Source: Paraphysomonas bandaiensis (lineage: Eukaryota; Protista; Chrysophyceae). Taken from it: DNA of 64,000 nucleotides. Numbering within the stretch: the stretch's first letter is position 1; each line of letters starts with the position of its first letter. Below, one piece after another: positions 49,168 to 61,834 of this stretch. A model generated the notes under the pieces. The model saw only the letters and a program-made list of their open reading frames with translations, ran no database searches and had not been told where the DNA came from. The translations under genes were made by a program, and so were the position numbers. The stretch is from assembly GCA_965644295.1 (NCBI GenBank), contig CBFFRP010000435.1, forward strand, positions 124,001 through 188,000, read 5' to 3'.

Positions 49168-51313
49168 GATGCTGTAAGACTGATGACACACTCATGATGC
49201 TGTAAGACTGATGACACACTCATGATACTGTAAGACTGATGACACACTCATGATACTGATGTTCTGATGACACACTCATGATGCTGTAAGACTGATGACA
49301 CACTCATGATGCTGTAAGACTGATGACACACTCATGATACTGTAAGACTGATGACACACTCATGATGCTGTAAGACTGATGACACACTCATGATACTGTA
49401 AGACTGATGACACACTCATGATACTGTAAGACTGATGACACACTCATGATGCTGTAAGACTAATGACACACTCATGATACTGTAAGACTGATGACACACT
49501 CATGATGCTGTAAGACTGATGACACACTCATGATGCTGTAAGACTGATGACACACTCATGATACTGTAAGACTGATGACACACTCATGATGCTGTAAGAC
49601 TGATGACACACTCATGATACTGTAAGACTGATGACACACTCATGATGCTGTAAGACTGATGACACACTCATGATACTGTAAGACTGATGACACACTCATG
49701 ATGCTGTAAGACTGATGACACACTCATGATACTGTAAGACTGATGACACACTCATGATACTGTAAGACTGATGACACACTCATGATGCTGTAAGACTGAT
49801 GACACACTCATGATGCTGTAAGACTGATGACACACTCATGATGCTGTAAGACTGATGACACACTCATGATACTGTAAGACTGATGACACACTCATGATAC
49901 TGTAAGACTGATGACACACTCATGATGCTGTAAGACTGATGACACACTCATGATACTGTAAGACTGATGACACACTCATGATGCTGTAAGACTAATGACA
50001 CACTCATGATGCTGTAAGACTGATGACACACTCATGATACTGTAAGACTGATGACACACTCATGATACTGTAAGACTGATGACACACTCATGATGCTGTA
50101 AGACTGATGACACACTCATGATGCTGTAAGACTGATGACACACTCATGATACTGTAAGACTGATGACACACTCATGATGCTGTAAGACTGATGACACACT
50201 CATGATACTGTAAGACTGATGACACACTCATGATACTGATGTTCTGATGACACACTCATGATGCTGTAAGACTGATGACACACTCATGATGCTGTAAGAC
50301 TGATGACACACTCATGATACTGTAAGACTGATGACACACTCATGATGCTGTAAGACTGATGACACACTCATGATACTGTAAGACTGATGACACACTCATG
50401 ATACTGTAAGACTGATGACACACTCATGATGCTGTAAGACTAATGACACACTCATGATACTGTAAGACTGATGACACACTCATGATGCTGTAAGACTGAT
50501 GACACACTCATGATGCTGTAAGACTGATGACACACTCATGATACTGTAAGACTGATGACACACTCATGATACTGATGTTCTGATGACACACTCATGATAC
50601 TGTAAGACTGATGACACACTCATGATGCTGTAAGACTGATGACACACTCATGATACTGTAAGACTGATGACACACTCATGATGCTGTAAGACTGATGACA
50701 CACTCATGATACTGTAAGACTGATGACACACTCATGATACTGTAAGACTGATGACACACTCATGATGCTGTAAGACTGATGACACACTCATGATGCTGTA
50801 AGACTGATGACACACTCATGATGCTGTAAGACTGATGACACACTCATGATACTGTAAGACTGATGACACACTCATGATACTGTAAGACTGATGACACACT
50901 CATGATGCTGTAAGACTGATGACACACTCATGATACTGTAAGACTGATGACACACTCATGATGCTGTAAGACTAATGACACACTCATGATGCTGTAAGAC
51001 TGATGACACACTCATGATACTGTAAGACTGATGACACACTCATGATGCTGTAAGACTGATGACACACTCATGATGCTGTAAGACTGATGACACACTCATG
51101 ATACTGTAAGACTGATGACACACTCATGATGCTGTAAGACTAATGACACACTCATGATGCTGTAAGACTGATGACACACTCATGATACTGTAAGACTGAT
51201 GACACACTCATGATGCTGTAAGACTGATGACACACTCATGATGCTGTAAGACTGATGACACACTCATGATACTGTAAGACTGATGACACACTCATGATGC
51301 TGATATTCTGATG
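49168..51313. repeat. 28-bp minisatellite, 76 full units
   Basis: Unit GAT[G/A]CTGTAAGACTGATGACACACTCAT in exact 28-bp phase from 49168 to 51295, followed by a partial unit. Confidence 0.98.
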
Positions 51314-51339
51314 CTGCTCTACAGTCCACTTCAATGATA

Positions 51340-52972
51340 CTGCTTTTAGAAGTTTGTTCCCTGAAAACCTCCTTTTTTTTCCGTTGGACTAAAAATAGGG
51401 AGATTTATGCACCGTGGTTGTGTCACATCAGCGGGTCCAGGCTCAGATTGTCCCCTTCTCTCCAAGCATGGCTGCATTTTGTATCACACCACACTGCCGA
51501 CAAATATCTTGTCCTACCATGTTGTACATGTTTCCAGTTCAATAACTCGGCTTTGCAACTACCCTCTTACCTAACGCCTTCAGGTAAACCACGTGCCTGC
51601 ACCAATGCAGCGCTGACTGCTCATATCGGACATCTCCCTTGTAGACGTATCTGTCTCACACACCGTTCTTTACGGTTACAACCACTCATCGCATGGCTCG
51701 TGCGGGTAGGCACTCGACAACGGTCCACTTGTTCATTCCCTAACACCTTTATTGTCCATCTACCCCGCTACCTTGTAAGACAGGACCATTTCTTGACGAC
51801 CGCACAAACCAACCCAGCATGGTTTGTCTGTGGGTCTATGCACCAAGCAGAGTACCCCCTCACCCTGTTTACATCCCCACAGCCCATACATCGACACAGT
51901 ATTCCGCATACAGTATACTCGAAGTACACCACACAGCTGTACATATACCTGTATACCTGTACTGTTGGACACATCACCATGTCCATGTACCTGTATACCT
52001 GTACTGTTGGACACATCACCGGCTCTCTCTCTGTCCAACACACTCATAACACCGCTGCACTGTCATGCACACGCACCTTACACTATACCTCCTCCTCGAG
52101 AACCTCCAGACAAACCATCTCCCCTCCCTTCGTCTCTGATACCTTGCCGTCATCTTCCTTCCACACACACTCTTTGCCTCAGCCTGTACCCCGCTTCACC
52201 AACACAGACACTAACAATGGCAGCTGAGGACGTCCGAGTCTCTCCTCTAGACCATCATGATCATCTCGTGCATAGGTCTATCAGAGTACCCGACCTTAAC
52301 AGACCTAGTTCTGTTGCGCAGTCCCACCCTCCTCAATCAGATGTTGCCTCTTTTGCACCATCTCACTCCCTCTCGACTCCCTGTTGCTGGACACACCGGA
52401 TGACCCTCATATCCAACTCCTGTCCAGCTATACACTCTCTTGCATGTGCTCTCTACCGCTGGCTAAGACAGCAAAAGAGTCAATTTCGACGCTTCTTCAC
52501 AGTAGGCCATAACCTTTTGCAAGACCTTCATCCACATACCTCCGAGCCACTTGGCACAATGCCTAAAGGAAGGCCACCAGATCGCCAATCTCAGCAGGGT
52601 ATAGTACTGTTTCCTCTGGTTGCCGTGAGGTACATAAGGCAGTCTCCGAGGCAAATTGCACACAATGTATGTGTAGTCATATAGCGAGTGGAGTCTCATC
52701 CCAAGGGGAGACCTCCAGATCACACGCGCCGGCGAGTCCCAGGACACACGAGCATGGCGAGCCTCATAACACACACTAAGAACAGAAGTGGTCGCACCTT
52801 GGTGCTTGCGGCGACGCACAAGCAGCTTCCGTAGCGTTAAATAGTAGGATAACGGAATTTGTATTGATTCGTTACGGGTAGAGGTCTAACTAGTATGTCT
52901 AGCATTCAACTAGCCACTACATTGGTGCAGGTTCTTAACGCCTATTGCTACATAAAAAGACTTTTAATATAA
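51340..52972 (+). mobile_element. Longest body-A copy of the retroposon family (decayed; 5' boundary unknown)
   Basis: 52365-52972 matches 9065-10078. The upstream C-rich region has long but unrecognisable reading frames. Confidence 0.6.
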
Positions 52973-53402
52973 GCTAGATCACAGAGAGAATTTGTCGTAA
53001 GACTAGATAGGTTAATTAATACCGTTTACACGAAGTTGTGATAACCAACACTAACTCATTTTAATCCACGCATAATATCCTACCTACGCGAACCTCTCGT
53101 TACTGAACATATCTTGAAAGATCAAACTATTTCAGTTTCTCAATATCATCACAGCATTTGTACATCATTATAATTTCACTGTATTCTCGTACATTGTCTT
53201 CAAGTGACATACTGAATATACTAGAATAAGATACATATTCTAATAACGAAAGTATTTGACTTAATAATTACAATTCTGTCTTGGGAGTACATATATGGGA
53301 ACTAAGCATTGTGTGCAACAAAGCAAGGTTAAGGTTTAAGTAGTACAAGGTTAACCCTCTGCCTACAATTACCTCACCAGTTCACACGTGTGTATGTTGT
53401 TG

Positions 53403-54570
53403 CTACAGAGTCGTGATGAGTTCGCTAGAATCGGCTGCTAGCTGCGCTCTCATCTGCTGCTCGTCACTATCCAGTTGTGAGTCCAGCTTTTCTATTAAGC
53501 CAATAAGTCCCTGATGTCCACCAAGTGACTGAATATGATTTACTATTTCTTGCCGCAGCCCACGTAAAACTTCGCGAGTGTAAGTCAGTGACCCTGACTC
53601 GATCATCAGCTGGACTGCATATCTTTTAATGCCATCATCAGATGTGCGTTGTCTAAGAATATTCAGTAGTCGAGAGTCTCCCGGGCACGAGTTGATGGCA
53701 TGCAAAATAGGAAAAGAAAATTTCCCTTCAGTCAAGTCCTCGCAGAACGATTTCGTTTGCATGTAGGACACACTACATATGTTAAGCATCAAATATGAAA
53801 TTTATAATTTGAGCTTACTAACCTGGATATGTTCACGTAGTCATCTCTTATTTGAAAATAAAGTCCCAGAGCATTAAGAAGCTCTGTAAAGTCGGTAGTA
53901 CAGTTACTGAAGGACTGCATTAGCCCGACGGCCAGGCGAAACAAGCCTCCAGTTTTGTTTAGAACCATCGCCCTATACTCGTCCTCTGCAACAGCGTAAC
54001 TTTACATATCACAATAAATGGTCATGTGCTACCTGAGGGACACTTACACTGCTCCCTCCAGAGACTGTAAGAAGTGCAACGTCAGTGTCAGTGCATACTG
54101 CGATATAGTTGTGGAGAGGATATACTTACATATCGTATCCTTGTCCCCTATGGAGGTTCAGCATCTCTCTCACATACACACGCATCGCATCTGCGGAGTT
54201 CAATTCATGACACTGCTCCAATGCTATGAAGTATACGTAGTTCGCGCAGTTGATAGTGTTCGGTGTACCATCTGAAATATAAGTACGAATGAATTTCGAT
54301 ATAACAATATGATATAACGATGCGCATACATATGGAGTGTGCCACAGGAACACCACGTCGCATTTTGCTGTTATCTTCAATATCATCCACCAGCAAGCTT
54401 GCATTGTGTAGAGTCCCAATTATAGATTTCACTACTTCTACCTTGTCCTCTGGAATGCGTAGCCAGGTCTGAAAGGAATCCACAAGCAAACCTCGCACAT
54501 CCTTCCCAGGAATTCTACTTAAGTAGTGGTACGGCTCCAAGATAGAGTAATCGTTTACATACTTCTCCAT
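53403..54570 (-). CDS. GGPS1: Geranylgeranyl diphosphate synthase (GGPS1/BTS1 type), multi-exon
   Basis: LEPYHYL..PGKDVR, LHNASLLVDDIEDNSKMRRG, LHRGQG, KTGGLFRL, FQIRDDY and FCEDLTEGKFSFP. Confidence 0.93.
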
Positions 54571-54714
54571 CACAGTTACAGTTTGACCCCTGTGTTGTTG
54601 CTCTCACAATTAATGCTTGTAGCTCAATTGTTGTTTAGGAGCCCAGTTGGTGGAATTCACTCCAACACTTTTCACCAAACTGAAAAGTGACTGTTTAAGA
54701 TTCCTATGTGAAAA

Positions 54715-56330
54715 GTTATGTTTTGTGGATGGAGTTTTGAAGAAAAATTGATATGGCCGTCCCCGAAGGGGAGGGCCCGTCCCTCAATTAATACTGCCAC
54801 CCCGTCCCTGAGGGACGGGCACCACGACGCCCTCAGTTTTTAGTTCCGTAAAACCCCCATTTTTATATATGAGATGATGTGTACATGATATGAGTGTGTT
54901 TGTACTGCTGTACATATAGGAGTGTGTGTACTGCTGCATGTAATATAGCAGTACTCAGCAGAGCCCACTCATACAGTATGATGGAGTGAGCATATATATC
55001 TATTAATAGTATTGTGACTCGTTGCTTCGGTTAGCATCCACTGATCGAAATGAGGAACCAAGCTTCGAACTGATAGCGGTTGTTCTCATCTTTGAGATGA
55101 ATGTCTGGAGTTCTGGAGTTGTGTGTATGCTATAGTATGGTTATATAGTGGAGGGTATAGTAGACCACACCTTCCTCACAGCCCTCCTACTGTATCAGAT
55201 ATCGATGATACTTGGAGCTCTTATGAAGCCGGACGTATTCATATTTGACTCGATACATGCATACATCACATATGAGGTGAGCATTGCATGACTATGTACA
55301 TAGTAGTGTTAATAAGCTCTGTGTTTATACGCAGACGAGATGTTATCACACTGTCATGTCCCAGTGAAGTTGTCATTATGTGTGAAGTCAAGTAATGGTT
55401 GTGTACTTCCCATTTGAGGTGAGTATTGCATGACTATGTGCATAGTAGTGTGAATAAGCTCTGTGTTTATACGCAGACGAGATGTTATCACACTGTCATG
55501 TCCCAGTGAAGTTGTCATTATATGTACTTCATATTTGAGGTGAGTATTGCATGACTGTGTGCATAGTAGTGCATAAGAAGCTCTGTGTTTATACGCAGAC
55601 GAGCTGTTATCACACTGTCATGTCCCAGTGAAGTTGTCATTATGTGTGAAGTCAAGTAATGGTTCTGTACTTCATATTTGTGGTGAGTATTGCATGACTA
55701 TGTACATAGTAGTGTTAATAAGCTCTGTGTTTAAACGCAGACGAGCTGTTATCACACTGTCATATCCCAGTGAAGTTGTCATTATGTGTGAAGTCAAGTA
55801 ATGGTTGTGTACTTCCCATTTGAGGTGCGTATTTCATGACTATGTACATAGTAGTGTTAATAAGCTCTGTGTTTATACACAGACGAGATGTTATCACACT
55901 GTCATGTCCCAGTGAAGTTGTCATTATGTGTGAAGTCAAGTAATGGTTGTGTACTTCCCATTTGAGGTGCGTATTTCATGACTATGTACATAGTAGTGTT
56001 AATAAGCTCTGTGTTTAAACGCAGACGAGCTGTTATCACACTGTCATGTCCCAGTGAAGTTGTCATTATGTGTGAAGTCAAGTAATGGTTGTGTACTTCC
56101 CATTTGAGGTGCGTATTTCATGACTATGTACATAGTAGTGTTAATAAGCTCTTAAGTATGTATGTATCTTATGTACCTACCGCTGTTTGTTCAATACACA
56201 CTGCTGTATCTACAGTTGTAGATTGCCTACCATCCTACAGTTGTATTATGGTGCGTATTCTCAGGGACGGTGGTAGGGACGGGGAGTTCATCTTATACAT
56301 GAAAAATCACCTCAAAATACCATAGTCGTA
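54715..56330. mobile_element. Probable non-autonomous inverted-repeat element enclosing a tandem array
   Basis: CCGTCCC repeats at 54757-54812 are mirrored by GGGACGG at 56264-56283. CCGTCCCTGAGGACGGGCACCA matches the reverse complement CCGTCCCTGAGAATACGCACCA. Exact ends and TSD are not resolved. Confidence 0.5.
55273..56151. repeat. ~142-bp tandem repeat, 6 units plus a partial unit
   Basis: Units start at 55273, 55415, 55536 (the previous unit has a 21-bp deletion), 55679, 55821, 55963 and 56105. Confidence 0.95.
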
Positions 56331-56951
56331 CACAGTATTATTCAATAGTTTCGTTCCGCAAGTACAGAAAAACAAGGGTTTAGCAGTTGGTATGTTCCGA
56401 TAGATAGTCAAGTTTGGGTTAAACTGATTGTTCTGTGCATTTAAGATACTCTCTAAGCCATGATATTATATCATAGCACTGAACCCAACTAGCTACATCA
56501 TTATCACACGGTATTCAGCGCTGAATATGCAATGAGAACCCGGGTGGGGAACCGCTGAACTAAGTCATGTGTCACATAGGTGGTAGAGGTGCGCGGTCGC
56601 AACACTCAGCCGCATGCAGTGATTAGTTACGCTGTCAGTATGGGATATCATAGCAATCACTTTTAGGTGAACCTAGTTAAACACTCGCTTATTAATCTAC
56701 CAATGTAGTGGTTACTATCTTACTATATTAGCAATATACTTCTACTAATCTCGAAGTCATTGGTAATAGTGTGTTCTTAGTCTTCTGCTACAGCTGGTGT
56801 AGTACTGGGTTCATGTCTGGCTACTGTTTTCGTACGTAAAGCAATTGACCAATATATTAAGTCTCATGCCCAGTTATCATACACCAAATAGTTTAATATT
56901 TAATATTATTAACAATCCTGCATGTAAATCATCCCCATATAAACTTCCATA

Positions 56952-58993
56952 CTAAGTAGTCCTATAATATATCCCACCCAATAACACCAGCGTACTAAAA
57001 ATTATCAATACTATGACTTGCATAGTTCTTGATAACCCCACATCAAGAAATTCAAATGTCGTGCTACGTTTCGACCTAAATTCATCACAAGTAAGCCAGT
57101 CTCCAAACTGGGAATGCATGAGTGGTACACCAATATAGGTGTTCGTTGTTACTGTGACAACAGTGCTGACAATGCGAGCTACAATTGGAGAGAGGCCAGC
57201 CCCAACAATAAGGATAGGAACTAAGTTGTACCCAATCTGCCACACAATTATCTGCCACAAGCATAGTCAAATGATGACGGATATAATTACTGACACGGGG
57301 TCTTACATGAAGTGGGATAATTATTAGAATAACAGTCTTCCAGATAGGAGGAGGACGCGGCGCCGCGCAATCCCCTGTCGATACGAACAGTTCTGCAAAT
57401 GCACTATTAATAACCCTCTCTTCATTGACCTCAGCCGCACAAGTGGCCTGTAGTAAGGGCTCAAGCTTTTTGATAATGCGTTTCCTCCGATCAGATGTTA
57501 TGAAACTCATCAAATGGTCATACGTGTCAAACGCAAAAGAGTTCACATACGGGTCGTCATCATGCTGAACAAAATATAAAATATGCTTTGCAAACAACTA
57601 TACGTATCATACCTTCGGAATGATTGTTGTAAGTCCTAAGAAACCTTCGTGTCTACATGATAACATCAGTCTCAACAGGTTAATGCAATAAGTTAGCTAC
57701 CTACCTACTCATTTCATCCGTCATTTCTGCTGTCCATTTCTCAAAATCTAAATGATGTTCCCACTTTACCCAATGTGTCACAGCCATAGTTAACGGAGCA
57801 CCAAACTCTTCCTCGTCGATACTTCCTGACATTGGATAGGCAGTGCTCTCCGTACCTAACGAGTCCCCCGCTAAGGTTTCTTGTGCCTTCTCACGAATAC
57901 GGTCATGCAACACATCGACAACCCCAGCTGCTGATCCAGTATCTTTTGTATCGCCTGTCTGTACACCACATTCATATGCATGGTCCATGTTTTGCACTTC
58001 GTTATAAGACTCAACAACAGCATTATCCCCACTGCATCGCTCCAGATTTCTTATCCTTCGGCGGAGAGAAACAATTTCACATGAGAGGTCGTGGTTTATT
58101 CGCCTTAAACCAGTTAGGCGCCCCTCTATTTTACTGATAACGCCTGACACCTCACGGGACACGGTCGGGCGAAGATGAGATGAGAACATCATGAGACCCT
58201 GGTCTAGCAATGAGTGTAGCGGTGACATTTCATCAGGTGGTACAGACCGAGGTTTTCGCACCCAAGCGTCAACAAAAGGGACAGAAAATAAGAGAGGAAA
58301 AAAAGAGTAACTCAGCATTGGAACAGATAAACAGAGAGTGACGAGAATTACAAACCCTACTGGAAGGCCAATCGATAGCATGTGATCAGGTAGACCGCTG
58401 AATACAATTCCCATGCTGGACAAGCACACACCGATATATATGACTATACAAAGCTTCCACTTTGGAGGGGGAAGGGGACGAGGAATATCAGTCATACACT
58501 CGTGCAATGATACTCTTGTGGGCTGGGAGAGTACTTTTGGGGCCTCAATGTCCCCTTGGATAGTAGTTTCCGCTGAAACACTCATTCCACCGTATAAGTT
58601 TACCCGCTTGGAAACAATACCACGCGGTTGTAATTTGTTTATATGATATTCGCGCGTTTTAGAAGTTGTCCATTCTCTAAACGTTTCATAATCTTCAAAT
58701 GCTAATATAATGAGATACTCTGCAAAGTTATTCTTATGCGTAATTAAGTGCACAGAGCGGTGGCGGAATCCTTTCCATAACTTATGAGATGCTAGAATAT
58801 CTTTTAACCATATATCTTCAAAATATTGTTTTTGTGAGTCAGGAACTTTAGTGTAATATATAGCATGATACACTGTTAGTGACGGCTGAATAGATGGCGA
58901 GCTGTTGTGTCTAGAATCTAAAAGTGGAGAGTAGTTGATTGTATCATCATCGTCTGGACTTGGTTTAAGGACGTCGTACATAGGAACTTCCAT
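56952..58993 (-). CDS. Membrane protein with two ABM-like (dimeric alpha/beta barrel) plus PP.WK transmembrane modules, multi-exon
   Basis: Module 1: WKGF..YLIILAFEDYETFREWTTS..PPPKWK plus TM helices. Module 2: HEGFLG..FAFDTYDHLMSFITSDRR..PPPIWK plus TM helices. Confidence 0.75.
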
Positions 58994-59423
58994 TATCACT
59001 TTCTAAATCATATTTAGATATATCTAGCAGATACATACATATATCAGTGACAAGAACGAGAAACTCTATATGGAACACAACAAGTTCTTGATATGTGTGT
59101 GTGCTACAGGTGTTCCAAGTAGATATTTGGTCCAATGAATGAATGATAATATGTTTTAGTTGGATGAAATTGGTTGGTTGTGGGATCATATGAAAAATCC
59201 CACTACCTTGTTATGTACCTGTGTACGTTATTTGATAACAATACAGTATACAGGTACACATATAGAGTACATATACATACATTGAAAGGAAATGTATTAA
59301 GTATAGCTCATATTTCGTCTATATTCACAGTCTCTGATTTGTGGGAACAATAAGACCATCCTTCAATACTATAGTAGTCAGCTAGTCCACGATCCAAATG
59401 TGAGTGTTGTTAGAGAAATCAAT

Positions 59424-60380
59424 ATGGGTAATCAACAGGGCTACATCAACTTCCCCAGTGGGGGTATCTCTGTAAACAGCAAATTAGCAGAGGGTGGCTT
59501 TGGCATTGTATATATTGGTGTAAGTAGCTCTTGGCAAAAATATGCAGTAAAGAAAGTTATGGTGGAGCCAACTGATAAGGTCCGAATGAAGGCCTGTCAG
59601 ACTGAAGCTAATATTTTGCGGAAGTTATCACCACACCCTAATATAATTGGGTTTAGAGACTCTCTGTGCATTGATGTGGGTAGTAAAAAGATAAAACATT
59701 TTTATTTGCTTTTAGAACTATGCAAATCTACGGTGTGGGAGACCTATGTAGAGAACGCCGCAGCCAATGAGATGTCAGAAGCAACTGTGTTGTCCATATT
59801 TCACGATGTATGTCTAGCTGTGCATCACTTGCATAGCTATCCGATTCCCATTGCTCACAGGGATATAAAAATCGAAAATTTGTTGGTTGGATATGACCAA
59901 GTTATTAAATTATGTGATTTTGGAAGCTGCAGTACCGAGCATCGATTACCACCGGAGAGCTCTATTGAACTTGCAATGATGCGCGAAGAAATTGAGTCCA
60001 ATACTACCCTAGCTGTTCGTGCGCCGGAACAAATAGACTTATATTTAGGCCGTGTGGTGTGTGAGAAAGTGGATGTGTGGGCATTAGGTGTGCTGTTATA
60101 CACTCTGACTTGTGGACGGACACCGTTTGCGAACCCCATAACAGGAGAAGTTGAAAGACTTGGAATTCTAAACCGCCGCTTCTCTTTTCCAACGGAATGG
60201 TCATATTCCCCAGCCTTGAAGGATTTAATTGAGCTTCTTCTTACTGAGCACCCTCATGAGAGGCCATCTATTTACGATGTTATCACCCATGGTATATCAA
60301 TGAAGGAATTCGGTACATTAACGCACTGGCCGAGAATGCCTCAATCAAGTTGTGTTTGGCCAGCACAAGGCAGCGACTAA
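59424..60380 (+). CDS. NAK-family (AAK1/BIKE/Ark1-like) Ser/Thr kinase
   Basis: LAEGGFGIVY, PIAHRDIKIENLL, LCDFGS, NTTLAVRAPEQIDLY and KVDVWALG. First in-frame ATG at 59424. Confidence 0.9.
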   Translation: MGNQQGYINFPSGGISVNSKLAEGGFGIVYIGVSSSWQKYAVKKVMVEPTDKVRMKACQTEANILRKLSPHPNIIGFRDSLCIDVGSKKIKHFYLLLELCKSTVWETYVENAAANEMSEATVLSIFHDVCLAVHHLHSYPIPIAHRDIKIENLLVGYDQVIKLCDFGSCSTEHRLPPESSIELAMMREEIESNTTLAVRAPEQIDLYLGRVVCEKVDVWALGVLLYTLTCGRTPFANPITGEVERLGILNRRFSFPTEWSYSPALKDLIELLLTEHPHERPSIYDVITHGISMKEFGTLTHWPRMPQSSCVWPAQGSD

Positions 60381-60737
60381 CGATTCTTATGAACTATAAT
60401 ATAGATATGTAAGTATAAATTCTGTAGTCGTTTGTCACGGTATGGACTGGGCAATACGAATTGTGACACCGGGTATCAATGGCAGAGTAATATTTTATTT
60501 ACCATATCATAGTGATGACTTGGCATCACTATATATATACATAATTATAAATATAATATTTTCTTTCTATATATATAAATCTTTTCTGTTCAACCTAGTC
60601 CAAGCATCAAGCATATGTAGTATATACTAACTAGCGTGAATAATATTTCCCCTCGACCAAGCCCATAACTCATAACCAATAGTTGTGTATCGCAGACATA
60701 TAAATTAGGTTGTGTATTTTTTCTGCATAATGTAAAA

Positions 60738-61696
60738 CACGGCCTGGTAACTATTAATGGTAGTCCAATTCCCGGCATTATTGAAAAATGTCCTGGCAAT
60801 TATATGGCCAGTAGACCAATGACCTTTAATACCTAAGTAGATAATACCGCTCATATAGATAGTCAATGCTGCCTTAATTACTAATTTAGAGTGTAATAAC
60901 ACACAACAAATTGTTAATGCTTCTCGCTCTCCACTGACACATCACGATCTTCTTGCAGGGCGTCATGTAGGCCATAAGCATCCCACAACATATCTAGACG
61001 AAATGGGTTCATGTATCTCTGCTCAGGTGTCATAATCAACTTTGCACGACTACAGAACCTCTCAACAACAGCATTAGATTGTGCTCCGAAATGAAGATAA
61101 GAAGCAATCACCGGTAGATGGACTCATATACGTACCAAGGCGAGCTCTCTTAGTGACCTCCGCGCTGTCCAGAACACCCCCTGTATAATTGAAAGTCATA
61201 TTATTAGCAATAGGCGTTAAAACCTGCACCAACTTTGCTTGTTTTGACCATCAGCGTTACTTAATATATGGTATAAATTATAAATACAGAGTATAATTAT
61301 ACTGCAGCTTCTTTCAACTGTAGGGGAAAAGAGTATTTTTATGAATGTTTGTTTCTACGTGAAATATGCATAGTTTCAATGCTGTTTTAGAGTTTTTGAG
61401 TAAGAGTACGTTGTTATGTTGTTGCTCTGGAAACTATTTTCTAACTCTTATAGCATTAAGTTTGCCGCTGATAATCAATAAAGTTTTTACAAAGTAGCTG
61501 TAAAGATGCAAACATTGTTTAACATATTGTTTAGATTTCACTTAGTTCTATATATATCAAGTGCCTGTACACTCTATTAATGGGATGCCATTCATGGTTC
61601 ATTAATGGTAGTCCAGTTCCCGGCAATTATAATGGTACTAATGAATAATGTCCCGGCAATTATAATACCATTACCATTAACGGTTACCAGGCCCTG
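60738..61696 (-). mobile_element. Non-autonomous hAT element (959 bp)
   Basis: TIRs CACGGCCTGGTAACTATTAATGGT and CAGGGCCTGGTAACCGTTAATGGT. Perfect 8-bp TSD ATGTAAAA. Remnant SNAVVERFCSRAKLIMT. Confidence 0.9.
61187..61235 (-). mobile_element. 3'-terminal fragment of the retroposon module
   Basis: The reverse complement reads GTTGGTGCAGGTTTTAACGCCTATTGCTAATAATATGACTTTCAA. Confidence 0.75.
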
Positions 61697-61834
61697 ATGT
61701 AAAATATCCTGAACAGTATACCGCTTGAAATACATCTATTACTTCAAAGAAAACTTCGTCTATCATTGTCACTATCCGGACATTCAGTTTGTGCCGAGCT
61801 GGACTCCAACCGTACTGGTCCCTGACTACCATAA

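Noticed and set aside
49168-51313. CRISPR or TIGR/box C-D guide array (the unit contains CTGA and TGATGA)
   Set aside because: There are no unique spacers, units differ only by recurrent point variants, and no Cas/Tas/Nop-domain gene is nearby.
49168-51313. Tandem hammerhead ribozymes (CTGATGA core)
   Set aside because: No GAAA and no stems II/III in the unit.
55273-56151. 5S rRNA or snRNA tandem cluster (unit size is similar)
   Set aside because: No 5S, U-snRNA or pol III box similarity that I can recognise.
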